DNA of 64,000 bases from Armatimonadota bacterium (GCA_049969495.1 JBMFOT010000008.1:2136-66135), one strand, 5' to 3'; positions 18,655-28,060 are shown, counted from the stretch's first letter. Numbers and translations are program-made. Notes: generated by a model from the sequence alone, not told the origin.

Positions 18655-20628
18655 ATGGCGGTGCTGGAACAACGTGCAAAACCTGTGGTGAAAGAGGCGC
18701 CGGCGGAGATAGCTTTCACGCCACGCTTGCGTTTTCTGCGGGCTCTGCTCATTAGCCTGATACTCCTGCCCATCAACGCCTACTGGGCAGCGGACGTACT
18801 AGTGGACGTGATATTCTCCCTGCTAGTGCCCCCGATGTGTTCTCTCATCGTATTGGCGTTCGTCAACATCTTCCTGCGCCGATACGCTCGTCGGTGGGCG
18901 TTTAGTAGTGGGGAACTAGTGCTGATTTACGCTTTCCTGTCGGTCGCCACCGCTATCTGTGCGGAGTGGATGAACATCAACTATCCCTACATCTACTCCT
19001 ACGCCATGTTCGCGGACCAGAACCCCTGGAACCGCGAGAACATCCTGCCTCGCTTGCCGGACTGGTTCTATTTCAAAGACGCCAGCCAGCTGCAAGATTT
19101 CCAGCGAGGCGGATTTGGGCTATCCTACGCGCTGTCGCGCTTGCACCTCTTTGCCAAGCCACTGGTCGCATGGACGCTGCTATTCGGGCTGATATGCACC
19201 GCCATGCTGTGCATCAACACGCTGATGCGCGACCAGTGGAGCCGACGCGAGAAGCTGGCGTTTCCCATTATCCAGGTGCCCATGCTGCTCACCCGCCCCG
19301 ATGCCCCCGCATGGAAGAACCGCTACCTGTGGGGCGCGTTCGCGGTGATGTTCGCCATCGATATGCTCAACGGCATCAGCTTTCTTTATCCCTCCGTGCC
19401 CATGATTAAAGTGCGCTTCATCGCCAACCTCAACGAGTGGCTTCCCGACCCGCCCTGGAACGCCATCGGCTGGACGCCCATCGGCATCTTCCCTTACATG
19501 AGCGCGATCGCGGTGTTCATGCCCACCGACCTGCTGTTCAGCTGTATCTTTTTCTTCTTCCTGCGCAAGGCAATCCAAATCGTTATGCTGATGTACGGAT
19601 ACGAGCAGGGGGTGTTTGGGGGAGGATGGCTTGTGCCCAGCCCACCCTATTTCAGTGAGCAGACGTGGGGAGCGTTCTTCGGGTTGTTTGTGGGGGCGAT
19701 GATTTCCTCGCGCAGCTATCTGCGTGAGCTGTGGCAGCATATCAAGGCGAACACCGCGCCCACTCCACACGAGCTGCGCCCGCGTTATGCCCTGCTAGGG
19801 CTGATGCTCTCGCTGGCAGGGCTGGCATATATCGGGGTGCTCAGCGGGTTATCGCCGTGGCTGGTGATAGCGTACGTGGGCGTGTTCCTGATTTTCAGCA
19901 CCGCGCTGACGCGCATGAGGGCACAGCTGGGCCCACCCTCGCACGAAATGGCGTTCATGGGACCGCACCAGCTGGTGTTGGGCTTCGGCGCGAATCAGAT
20001 GCTCTCACAGGCGGATACGGTGCGCATCTACCACTTGTTCTTCATCTTTAACCGCATCCACCGCTCTCATCCGATGCCCTACCAGCTGGAGGCATACAAG
20101 ATGGGCGAGAGCGTGGGCGTCTCGGCGCGTTCGTTGTTCTGGACAATGCTGATCGCCATTTTCGCCGGGGTAGCGGTGGGGCAGATAGCGTACATCTACC
20201 GGGGCTATCTGCGCGGTGCACCGGCCGCCTGGGGCGAAATCGGCAGTGCAACACGACAGATTATCGAGCAACCGCATCCCGTGAACGTAGCGGCGATTCT
20301 GGCGGTGGTTACCGGCTTCGCCGTCGTGATGTTGCTGGATACTATCCGCTTTCAGGTGCCGGGATTTCCCCTGCATCCCGTCGGCTACGCGCTGTCGATG
20401 AACTTCGGGGTAGACTACTTCTGGTTCGGGCTGATTATCGTGCTGGTCATCAAGTCCTTCATCCAGCGATACTACGGTTTGAAGGGTTACGAGAAGCTGC
20501 GTATGGTAGCCATCGGTATTATCCTGGCAGAGTTCACCGCCGAGCTGATATGGTCCTCCATCACCATGAGCACACAGATCGCTACCTACAGCATCTCCAT
20601 TAACGGCCGCCTTGGCTGGCAGCAATAG
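18655..20628 (+). CDS. Polytopic membrane protein, DUF6785/DUF6784-like (OPT-like putative transporter), paralog 1
   Basis: Many hydrophobic helices. QW..REKLAFP, PWNAIG, RMRAQLG, HPMPYQLE, FPLHPVGY; these motifs are shared with two other ORFs in the window. Confidence 0.75.
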   Translation: MAVLEQRAKPVVKEAPAEIAFTPRLRFLRALLISLILLPINAYWAADVLVDVIFSLLVPPMCSLIVLAFVNIFLRRYARRWAFSSGELVLIYAFLSVATAICAEWMNINYPYIYSYAMFADQNPWNRENILPRLPDWFYFKDASQLQDFQRGGFGLSYALSRLHLFAKPLVAWTLLFGLICTAMLCINTLMRDQWSRREKLAFPIIQVPMLLTRPDAPAWKNRYLWGAFAVMFAIDMLNGISFLYPSVPMIKVRFIANLNEWLPDPPWNAIGWTPIGIFPYMSAIAVFMPTDLLFSCIFFFFLRKAIQIVMLMYGYEQGVFGGGWLVPSPPYFSEQTWGAFFGLFVGAMISSRSYLRELWQHIKANTAPTPHELRPRYALLGLMLSLAGLAYIGVLSGLSPWLVIAYVGVFLIFSTALTRMRAQLGPPSHEMAFMGPHQLVLGFGANQMLSQADTVRIYHLFFIFNRIHRSHPMPYQLEAYKMGESVGVSARSLFWTMLIAIFAGVAVGQIAYIYRGYLRGAPAAWGEIGSATRQIIEQPHPVNVAAILAVVTGFAVVMLLDTIRFQVPGFPLHPVGYALSMNFGVDYFWFGLIIVLVIKSFIQRYYGLKGYEKLRMVAIGIILAEFTAELIWSSITMSTQIATYSISINGRLGWQQ

Positions 20629-20645
20629 CAAGGGGGGTGTTCACG

Positions 20646-21359
20646 ATGACCGAACTGCAACGCACTGGCATTGATGGGCTGGATAGACTGATTGGCGGCA
20701 TCCCGCGCGGTAGCAGGAACCTGATATACGGTCCGCCCAGTACCGGTAAAACCGTGTTTGCCATGCAGTTTCTGTGGACAGGGTTGCAGCAGGGTGAGAC
20801 CGTCTCGTACGATGTGTTTGACCGCCCCTGGACGCATATGCGCCGCTACTTTGCGTCCTTTGGATGGGAGATCACCCCTTACGAGAAGAGCCGAAAGTTC
20901 ATCCCGATACAGGCGTTTCCCCATCCCAAGGAATACCCCAAAGACCCGCTGGTGCGCTACTTCTCGCTGGCTGATTTCAACACGATGCAGGAGATTGACC
21001 TCGAACTATCGCAAGCAGGCGTGTCGCGCTTCGTCGCAGGGGATAACTACGAGCACATCTTCACCAGCCTTAGCGAAGAGCAATGGATGCTGGTGGAACA
21101 CTGGACGATTAACTGGTGCCATTACGACAACATCACCAACATCGACATCATGACCGAGGTGAGTGAACGCGACCCGGTGACCAACCGGCTGATGGATTTC
21201 ACCTTCTCGCTGGCGCACAATATCTTCCGGTTCCGCATCCGCGAGGCAGGAGGAAAGTTGCGCAGGGAGATGCGAATCGAGAAGATGGAAGGCGTAGCGC
21301 ACCCCCTGGACTGGCTACCGTTCGAAATCACGTCCAAAGGCATTGTGTTACAGGTTTAG
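20646..21359 (+). CDS. Single-domain KaiC/RAD55-like RecA-fold ATPase
   Basis: TGIDGLDRLIGGIPRGS, Walker A GPPSTGKT, C-terminal PFEITSKGI. Start may be GTG 20637. Confidence 0.85.
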   Translation: MTELQRTGIDGLDRLIGGIPRGSRNLIYGPPSTGKTVFAMQFLWTGLQQGETVSYDVFDRPWTHMRRYFASFGWEITPYEKSRKFIPIQAFPHPKEYPKDPLVRYFSLADFNTMQEIDLELSQAGVSRFVAGDNYEHIFTSLSEEQWMLVEHWTINWCHYDNITNIDIMTEVSERDPVTNRLMDFTFSLAHNIFRFRIREAGGKLRREMRIEKMEGVAHPLDWLPFEITSKGIVLQV

Positions 21360-21371
21360 GGAGAGAACAAA

Positions 21372-22316
21372 ATGGCAGTAGAAGTTCGCCTGATACCCGT
21401 TTCGCAGATTGTAGAAGACCCCGAGCAGCCTCGTCGCGGTATGGACGCGGAGAGCCTGCAAGGACTGGCAGACAGCCTTCGCCAGCACGGGATGTTACAG
21501 CCCATCGTGGTTAAACCGCTGCACAACGTGAACATGTATCAGATTGTGATCGGTGAGCGACGCTGGCGTGCGGCACAGATAGCGGGACTGTTCGAAATCC
21601 CTTGCATCGTGCGTGAGGTAGACCCCGAGGAGGCTCTCACCGACCAGCTGATCGAGAACCTGCAACGCGAAGACCTGCGCCCGATTGACCGTGCCCGCGC
21701 CCTACAAACCGCCAAAACACGGCTGGGGCTTTCTAACCGCGACCTAGCGGGGCGTTTGGGCATTAGCGAGCGCATGGTAGGCTATATGCTGGAGTTGCTG
21801 GACCTGCCTGAGGAGATTGCCGAACAGGTAGTTTCGCGTCCTAACCGTCCCGCCGAAGGCGCCATCACCGAAAAACACGCCCGCTTCCTGAAGCAGCTGA
21901 ACGACATGCCAGAAGTGCAGGCGCAGGTGGCGGAAAAAATCAAGAGCGACCGCCTGAGCACCGACGACACCGCCAAACTGGTGAAGGCATTGCGCATGTC
22001 ACCGGAGCGTGCTGAAGAGTTACTGCGTGGTTCCGCGCCCGACTGGGCAGAGTGGATCAACCCGGAACTGCCCCCCCTGCCCGAAGAGGAGACCGCCGCA
22101 GCGCCTGCCTCTGTGGTTGAAACGATAGATAAACCCTTTGCCCCGGCAGCGACCATCGCGCGACAACCCGCCGATGTGGTGCGCAAAGCCATCGAACTGC
22201 TGGGCGAACTGGAACCCGGGCAGATGTCCCCTGAGCAACGTGTGGAAACCGTCGAGGTGCTTCGCTCCCTGCTGATTGTGGCGGAAACGCTCATCGACCA
22301 GCTGATGGAACAGTAG
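21372..22316 (+). CDS. ParB/Spo0J-family CTPase-HTH protein (no adjacent parA)
   Basis: QPRR, LADSLRQHGMLQPI, GERRWRA, LIENLQREDL, HTH LSNRDLAGRLGISERMV. Confidence 0.9.
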   Translation: MAVEVRLIPVSQIVEDPEQPRRGMDAESLQGLADSLRQHGMLQPIVVKPLHNVNMYQIVIGERRWRAAQIAGLFEIPCIVREVDPEEALTDQLIENLQREDLRPIDRARALQTAKTRLGLSNRDLAGRLGISERMVGYMLELLDLPEEIAEQVVSRPNRPAEGAITEKHARFLKQLNDMPEVQAQVAEKIKSDRLSTDDTAKLVKALRMSPERAEELLRGSAPDWAEWINPELPPLPEEETAAAPASVVETIDKPFAPAATIARQPADVVRKAIELLGELEPGQMSPEQRVETVEVLRSLLIVAETLIDQLMEQ

Positions 22317-22324
22317 GGCAGTAC

Positions 22325-22528
22325 AAAAAAGCGGGGTAGCAGTGAAAGGAGAGCAAAGCCTGCTACCCCGAGGAAGGAAGGTGAACTCGGTTCGCTACTA
22401 CGATTATCGGCTGCGAACCTGAGTTTCTCTAGATTATTATACTCGAAATCTACCTGAAAATCTTCCCTTTTTCGCCCCTTTTTTGGTAATATCTCATTCA
22501 GACCAGGCACAGTAACCCGTTGTCACTC
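22325..22528 (-). ncRNA. Candidate small regulatory RNA (about 105 or 205 nt)
   Basis: Minus-strand promoter(s), two hairpins, 11-bp terminator stem followed by U6, CU-rich unpaired segments, no credible ORF. Confidence 0.55.
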
Positions 22529-22534
22529 GTTAGC

Positions 22535-22563
22535 AATATACCATGAAATACTGGTTTTGTCAA
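22535..22563 (-). promoter_or_regulatory. Sigma70 promoter facing the sRNA candidate
   Basis: Minus strand TTGACA(22563-22558)-17 nt-TATATT(22540-22535), extended TG. Confidence 0.7.
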
Positions 22564-22633
22564 GTAGGCACCAATCCCCATGAAATGACTGATACAACAG
22601 CAAAGGATTTAACGGGGTTTTAACCGCCGGTAC

Positions 22634-22662
22634 TTGCATTCGTACGAACAAACAGTTAGAAT
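22634..22662 (+). promoter_or_regulatory. Promoter of the second pilin-like gene, with internal palindrome
   Basis: TTGCAT-17 nt-TAGAAT; TTCGTACGAA at 22639-22648. Confidence 0.6.
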
Positions 22663-22693
22663 GGTAAAGCACAATATCTACAAGGAGGGCAAG

Positions 22694-23488
22694 ATGTCGA
22701 ACACACGACAGGCTTTTACACTCATCGAGCTGCTCGTCGTCATCGCGATTATCGCGATACTGGCAGCGATTCTGTTCCCTGTGTTTGCGCAGGCGCGCGA
22801 GAAGGCACGCTCCGCCTCCTGCCTCAGCAACCTGCGCCAATATGCACTGGCAACCCTTGCCTATGTGCAGGATTATGATGAGACCTTCCCGCAGAGCGTG
22901 TACAGTATGGACCATGCCATTTTGGTGCCGGGTACCGGCGACCGTGTGTTCACCGTGTACGATGCCACCATGCCCTACGTTAAGAACGTGGACATTATGG
23001 TCTGCCCCTCGCATCGCCCCGGCATCGATTTTGTGGCGATTCTGCAGTCGCTGGGGTTAAACGGTAGCGGCAACTTCCGCTACTCCTCGTATGCGTTGAA
23101 CTTCGCTGTGTTTCAGGACCCGGCGGTGCCGCCCGGCTTGTTTAACAACGACCCTGTGGTGAGTTTAGGAGCCATTGGAGAGCCAGCGAATACCACTATG
23201 TTCTACGATAGCACGTATATTCCCCCCGGCGGAACACAGGTAGACCCCATCTGCCGCGTGCCTACCTGTCCGTTTTGCTGGGACAACTTCCCCGCGCATC
23301 CGCGCCATTCCGATGGCTTTAACGTGAACTTCGTCGACGGACACGCCAAGTATTATCAGCGTCGTGGCAATATCCCGGGCACCTCTCCGGCAGGCTCTGG
23401 TGGCGACGCGCCGCCAAGCACGCAGGTACCTACTTACACTCTACCCTGCGATCTGTCGGGCATACCGGGTGGGACGGCGGACACGTAA
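22694..23488 (+). CDS. Prepilin-type N-terminal / DUF1559-like / H-X9-DG protein (intact)
   Basis: A|[56 protein letters not shown]. Confidence 0.9.
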   Translation: MSNTRQAFTLIELLVVIAIIAILAAILFPVFAQAREKARSASCLSNLRQYALATLAYVQDYDETFPQSVYSMDHAILVPGTGDRVFTVYDATMPYVKNVDIMVCPSHRPGIDFVAILQSLGLNGSGNFRYSSYALNFAVFQDPAVPPGLFNNDPVVSLGAIGEPANTTMFYDSTYIPPGGTQVDPICRVPTCPFCWDNFPAHPRHSDGFNVNFVDGHAKYYQRRGNIPGTSPAGSGGDAPPSTQVPTYTLPCDLSGIPGGTADT

Positions 23489-23525
23489 TGTTCTGTGTGG
23501 AGAAGGGGGCGGGGAACCCCGCTCC

Positions 23526-24044
23526 CTACTTGACCTTGCCTGCGATTGTACGCAGCACCTCCAGCCCCGCATCTACCGCCTGCCGGTCGTCGCGCATCAC
23601 CATCACCGTCACGAAGAACCGTCCCTTTGCCCAGTAGAAGGTGGTTGCGCCGTCAGACTGTATCCAGAAGCCCGTTCCGGTTATCTTCAGTGACTGAGGC
23701 TTTTGCTTGCGGTGTGCATTGCGCCAGTAATCCACGAACTTGCTTGCAGCGGAAGCGTCTTTCATGGTGTGGGTGGTCACGGTGGCAAACACTCCGTCGC
23801 GCTGGTACAGTTTCTGTGCCGCCTCCTGCACACCGTTCTTCAGATAGAGCTGGTAGCCGCCGTTGTAGATGCCGGTCAATCCCTCGCCTTTGCCGTAGAG
23901 ATAGGAGCCGCGGACCTCTTTCCAACCCTTTAATTCAGCGGCGGGTAGCAGTTTGGCACAGGGACTGTTTTCGCCTTCCGCCCATGCCAACAGAGCAACA
24001 GATAGCATCGTTACCAGCGAAATCCACCAAGATAGATTTCTCAT
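23526..24044 (-). CDS. Exported hypothetical protein (DUF6599-like)
   Basis: Signal peptide AWA|E, L...YNGGYQLY...GV motif, RBS AAGGAGG. Confidence 0.65.
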   Translation of the reverse strand: MRNLSWWISLVTMLSVALLAWAEGENSPCAKLLPAAELKGWKEVRGSYLYGKGEGLTGIYNGGYQLYLKNGVQEAAQKLYQRDGVFATVTTHTMKDASAASKFVDYWRNAHRKQKPQSLKITGTGFWIQSDGATTFYWAKGRFFVTVMVMRDDRQAVDAGLEVLRTIAGKVK

Positions 24045-24252
24045 GCTTTGCCTCCTTGTACTTGACCACGCGTGATTATTGGGATAAGGGCGCAGCAGTT
24101 CCGCTTGCTGTCATTCTGAATGTAGCCGCAACCTTCTTGTTCTGCTCTTATCCCCTATTCTACCATACGCAGGCGAGCGTGGCGAAAAGCAGGAACCATG
24201 AGCGCACTGGCGTAGAGTGTAAGAGAACCATCACTCGGCAGGAGGGTACGAT

Positions 24253-26175
24253 ATGGATATTCCTTCCCGCGACGAGCGCGTGAGCACCGTTCGGCACGGA
24301 GAGATGCATCTGCCCACGCCTGTCTACGCCTCTCGCCAGCAGTGGGAGGCGCGGGCGAAGTGGTTGAGAGAACACATCCTGAACAGCGCGGGGTTGCTGC
24401 CTTTACCGCCACGCACTCCTCTTCGCGCGCATGTCTTCGGTCGTATCGAGCGTGACGGCTACAGCGTGGAGAAGGTGTACTTCGAGAGCTTCCCCGGTTT
24501 TCTGGTCACCGGCAACCTGTACCGCCCGCTGGGCAAGAAGCCACCGTTTCCTGCGGTGTTGTGCCCGCACGGGCACGTGCGCGAGGGGCGCCTGGCGAAC
24601 GATCTGGACGAACGCAGCGGCGCTTCGTATATCGGCTTGGGTATCAACCTTGCCAAGCAGGGGTATGTCGCCTTTGCCTACGACATGGTGGGCTACAATG
24701 ATAGCCTGCAGCTGCCCCATCAGCGCATCGCGCAGGAGTGGGAGTTGTGGGGTATCCACCTGCTCCGATTGCAGCTATGGAACAGTATCCGCGCGCTGGA
24801 TTTTCTGTATTCGCTCAAAGAGGTAGATAAAAAGCGCATCGGTTGCACGGGTGCATCGGGCGGAGGCACGCAAACCTTCCTGCTAACGGCGGTGGACCCC
24901 CGCGTGACCGCTTCGGCACCGGTGTGCATGGTGTCGGCACACTACCAGGGCGGGTGTTTCTGCGAGAACGCGCCCGGCTTGCGCTTGAATGCGAACAACG
25001 TAGAGATTGCCGCGCTTGCCACGCCGCGTCCGCTATTGCTGGTTGCCGCTACCGGCGACTGGACGCAGCACACGATGGAGGAGGAGTACCCCGCCGCCAG
25101 AGCCATCTATGCCCTGACAGGGATGGAGTCACATGTTTCCGCCGTGCGCTTTGACGCCGGTCACAACTTTAACCGCGCCAGCAGGGAAGCGGTGTACGCT
25201 TTCTTCGGGAAATGGCTTGGCGGAAACGCCCCCTCGAACGAGCTGCCGTTTACTGCCGAACCACCCGACGCGCTGCGCGTGTTCCCCGACGGCAGTTTGC
25301 CACCATCGATAGCGCGTGGGGATGCGGTGCTAAATGCCTTACGACAGCGCGATAGCGAGCAGCTGCGCAATCGCTTTCCGCGCAATCCACAGGGTATACC
25401 GGCGTTTCGCCGGTGGATAGGCAATGCCTGGATGCACACGCTGGCGGTGGAAGCGGTGGAGCCGGCACAGATAGAGGTGTTGAGCGAACAGAACGAAGCG
25501 GAACCCTTGCCCCACAGGCGTATCGCGTTGCGACGTAGAGGCACACAAGAGGTAGTGCTGACGTCGTTGTTCCAGCCCGCAAGACCGCCTTCTGGAAAGG
25601 CGGTGCTACTGTTGCACCCCGACGGTACGGAGACGTGGCTGCATGGCGAGACGCTGTTGCATCGCCTGTTGAACGCCGGCTACACGGTGATGACGTTGGA
25701 TGCCTTTGGCACGGGCGAGCACCTGCGCCGCTTCGGCAAACGCGAACTAAAGGGAAACTTCCCCGAAACCTTTAACCGCACGGACGTACAGTGGCAGGTA
25801 CAGGATACCCTCACCGCTCTGGCACTGCTCCGTTCGCAGCGTGGGGTAAGACGGGTGTCTGTCGTCGGTGCAGGCAACGCGGGATGGTGGGCTCTACTAT
25901 CAGCATCCTGCGATCGTAAGGTGCACGCTGTTGTCGCCGATCTGAACGGATGTGACGGCAGCAACCGCTTCTTCTTACAGAACGTATGGGTTCCCGGTAT
26001 CCGCAGGCTGGGCGATTGGGCGACGGCGGCGGTGCTAAGTCTGCCCGCCAAAGTGCTGGTTCACCACCTGAGCAGTGAGGAAGCGCATCGTGCTCCGCTG
26101 GCTGGTTTCGCACCGGTAGTCTCCGTATCGCCAGTGCAAGCATCGGATGGGGAGATACTGCAGTGGATAGGGTGA
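24253..26175 (+). CDS. Two-domain alpha/beta hydrolase (acetylxylan esterase-like)
   Basis: VEKVYFES.PG..VTGNLY, LCPHGH, nucleophile elbow TGASGGG, GHN. Degenerate second hydrolase domain. Confidence 0.85.
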   Translation: MDIPSRDERVSTVRHGEMHLPTPVYASRQQWEARAKWLREHILNSAGLLPLPPRTPLRAHVFGRIERDGYSVEKVYFESFPGFLVTGNLYRPLGKKPPFPAVLCPHGHVREGRLANDLDERSGASYIGLGINLAKQGYVAFAYDMVGYNDSLQLPHQRIAQEWELWGIHLLRLQLWNSIRALDFLYSLKEVDKKRIGCTGASGGGTQTFLLTAVDPRVTASAPVCMVSAHYQGGCFCENAPGLRLNANNVEIAALATPRPLLLVAATGDWTQHTMEEEYPAARAIYALTGMESHVSAVRFDAGHNFNRASREAVYAFFGKWLGGNAPSNELPFTAEPPDALRVFPDGSLPPSIARGDAVLNALRQRDSEQLRNRFPRNPQGIPAFRRWIGNAWMHTLAVEAVEPAQIEVLSEQNEAEPLPHRRIALRRRGTQEVVLTSLFQPARPPSGKAVLLLHPDGTETWLHGETLLHRLLNAGYTVMTLDAFGTGEHLRRFGKRELKGNFPETFNRTDVQWQVQDTLTALALLRSQRGVRRVSVVGAGNAGWWALLSASCDRKVHAVVADLNGCDGSNRFFLQNVWVPGIRRLGDWATAAVLSLPAKVLVHHLSSEEAHRAPLAGFAPVVSVSPVQASDGEILQWIG

Positions 26176-28028
26176 CGCTATATCACCCCTGGGGATGGAT
26201 ATGGGCGATACTGGCCGTCGTTTTGCTGGCTTGGGCGGGCAGCCGGTGGTGTCGGCTCTGGCGGCTGCCTTTCGTGGATGCAGGAGAGAGGCTGGCTTTC
26301 GGTCTCGCGCTGAGCACGGGTGCGCTGTCGTATCTGGTGCTTACAGGCGGGCTGCTCGGACGGCTTCAGGCAGGGGTGCTGTGGTCTCTGTTCGCGGTAA
26401 TCCTGCTGGCGGGCGCGGTGGCTTGGTGGCATATGCGCCCATTCGAGGAGTCAAGGCAACCTTTTCCGTGGCGGTCCTGGCTCCCTGTTGCGATAGTGGC
26501 ACTGCTTGTGCTGCCGATGGTGGTCTCACCGCCTGCCGCTACCGACTGGGACGGACTTTCCTATCACTTAGCCGCGCCTGCCATCTGGCTACGCGAAGGG
26601 CGAATCGGCTACATCCCCTTCATGCACCAGTCTAACTTTCCCTTCGTGATGGAGATGCAGTATCTATGGGCGCTGGGTATTGGCGCGGGAGCGGGTGGGG
26701 CAAAAGTGTTCCACTGGACGACACTGCTGCTCACGCTGGGGGCGGTGTTCGCTTTCGCGCGGCGGGCAGGGTTCACCGGCTCCTGGGCAGCCGTCAGCCT
26801 GATTTCGGTGCCGGTGGTGTTGTGGGAAGCCACCGTTGCCTACGCCGACCTTGCCACCACCGCTTACACACTACTCTGTTTGCTGGCAGCGTGGAACGCG
26901 GCGGGAGAAGAGGACGTTTCCACCCGACGCAGGTGGCTGGCGCTGGCGGGTTTGATGGGTGGTCTCGCGCTTGGCACGAAGATGACCGCACTGGGCAGTG
27001 TGGGCTTACTGGTGGTGCTACTGGCATGGGAAGCGGTGCGTCGACGTCCGGTGCGCCTTGTGGAGATAGCGGGTTGTATGGGCGTCGCCCTGCTGGTGGG
27101 CGCGCCCTGGTACATCAAAACCTACATGTACACCGGCAACCCCGTTTACCCCTACTTCTACGAGCTGTTCGGTGGGCGCAACTGGACGGCGGAACACGCC
27201 CGAATCTACCGCGAAGCACAGCTGGCATTCGGATTAGGGCGCGAGCCGCACCAGCTGCTCATGTCGCCGTTCAACCTCACCTTCTTCTGGAGCCGTTTCT
27301 TTGACCCTCTGCCGTTTGTGGGGTCGGTGGGCTTTGTGTATCTGGCGGGGCTGATACCGTTGTTTTTCGCACGGCGTTTGCCCGACGCGGCGCGGTGGTG
27401 GATTCTGTTCTCGCTGGTATCGCTGGTACTGTGGTTCGTGCTGATGCAGCAGGTACGCTACCTGATGACCATCTTCCCGCTGGTATCGCTGTGGTGCGGG
27501 TGGCTGGCGGTGCAGGCGGAGCGGAAGTGGACGGCGAGAGCGATGCAGGTAGCGATTGTATTACAGATGCTGTGGTGCGCCATGGGGTTCTCGCCACTGT
27601 GGAGCAGGGTGCTCACCGTATGGAAAGACGGCCCGTCCGCCTATCTGCAGCGCGCCCTGCCGGGTGTGTGGCAAGCCTGCGATTGGATAAACCGCAACAC
27701 ACCCCGCGAGGCAGGAGTAATTCTCTATGACGAAACGCGCGGCTTCTACCTGCAACGACGCTATCTGTGGGGCAATCCGGGGCACCACACGCTGATTGAC
27801 TACGACTCCTTCACCGACGGTGACATGCTGGTACGCACCCTGCACCGCATGGGGTATCAGGTGGTGTTACAGAATGTGGCTTTTGCGCCCCCGGGCTCGG
27901 AGAGGGAGCACTGGCGCAGGCTCCTGGTGGATGCGATAGCGCGCGGCGCGCTGGTGGAGCGGTTCCGGGACAGGTCGGTGGTGGTGTTTGAGATTCGTCC
28001 GCGTCCCTTCGCGATAGCGAACCGATAA
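26163..28028 (+). CDS. GT-C fold membrane glycosyltransferase (ArnT/PMT-like)
   Basis: WDGLSYHL loop, YADL, GTK, PWYIK....GNPVYP, many TM helices. Confidence 0.75.
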   Translation: MDRVTLYHPWGWIWAILAVVLLAWAGSRWCRLWRLPFVDAGERLAFGLALSTGALSYLVLTGGLLGRLQAGVLWSLFAVILLAGAVAWWHMRPFEESRQPFPWRSWLPVAIVALLVLPMVVSPPAATDWDGLSYHLAAPAIWLREGRIGYIPFMHQSNFPFVMEMQYLWALGIGAGAGGAKVFHWTTLLLTLGAVFAFARRAGFTGSWAAVSLISVPVVLWEATVAYADLATTAYTLLCLLAAWNAAGEEDVSTRRRWLALAGLMGGLALGTKMTALGSVGLLVVLLAWEAVRRRPVRLVEIAGCMGVALLVGAPWYIKTYMYTGNPVYPYFYELFGGRNWTAEHARIYREAQLAFGLGREPHQLLMSPFNLTFFWSRFFDPLPFVGSVGFVYLAGLIPLFFARRLPDAARWWILFSLVSLVLWFVLMQQVRYLMTIFPLVSLWCGWLAVQAERKWTARAMQVAIVLQMLWCAMGFSPLWSRVLTVWKDGPSAYLQRALPGVWQACDWINRNTPREAGVILYDETRGFYLQRRYLWGNPGHHTLIDYDSFTDGDMLVRTLHRMGYQVVLQNVAFAPPGSEREHWRRLLVDAIARGALVERFRDRSVVVFEIRPRPFAIANR

Positions 28029-28060
28029 GGTATAATCGAGTTAGATAAAACCGGGAGCCG

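Noticed and set aside
20637-21359. Circadian clock KaiC
   Set aside because: Single domain, no kaiA or kaiB nearby, catalytic residues altered.
21782-22510. 242-aa minus-strand ORF downstream of the 22563 promoter
   Set aside because: Mostly the antisense shadow of parB, has no RBS, and runs through an intrinsic terminator.
23505-23530. GTAG-type REP
   Set aside because: The GTAG is the stop-codon context of the 23526 gene; the hairpin is better explained as a terminator between convergent genes.
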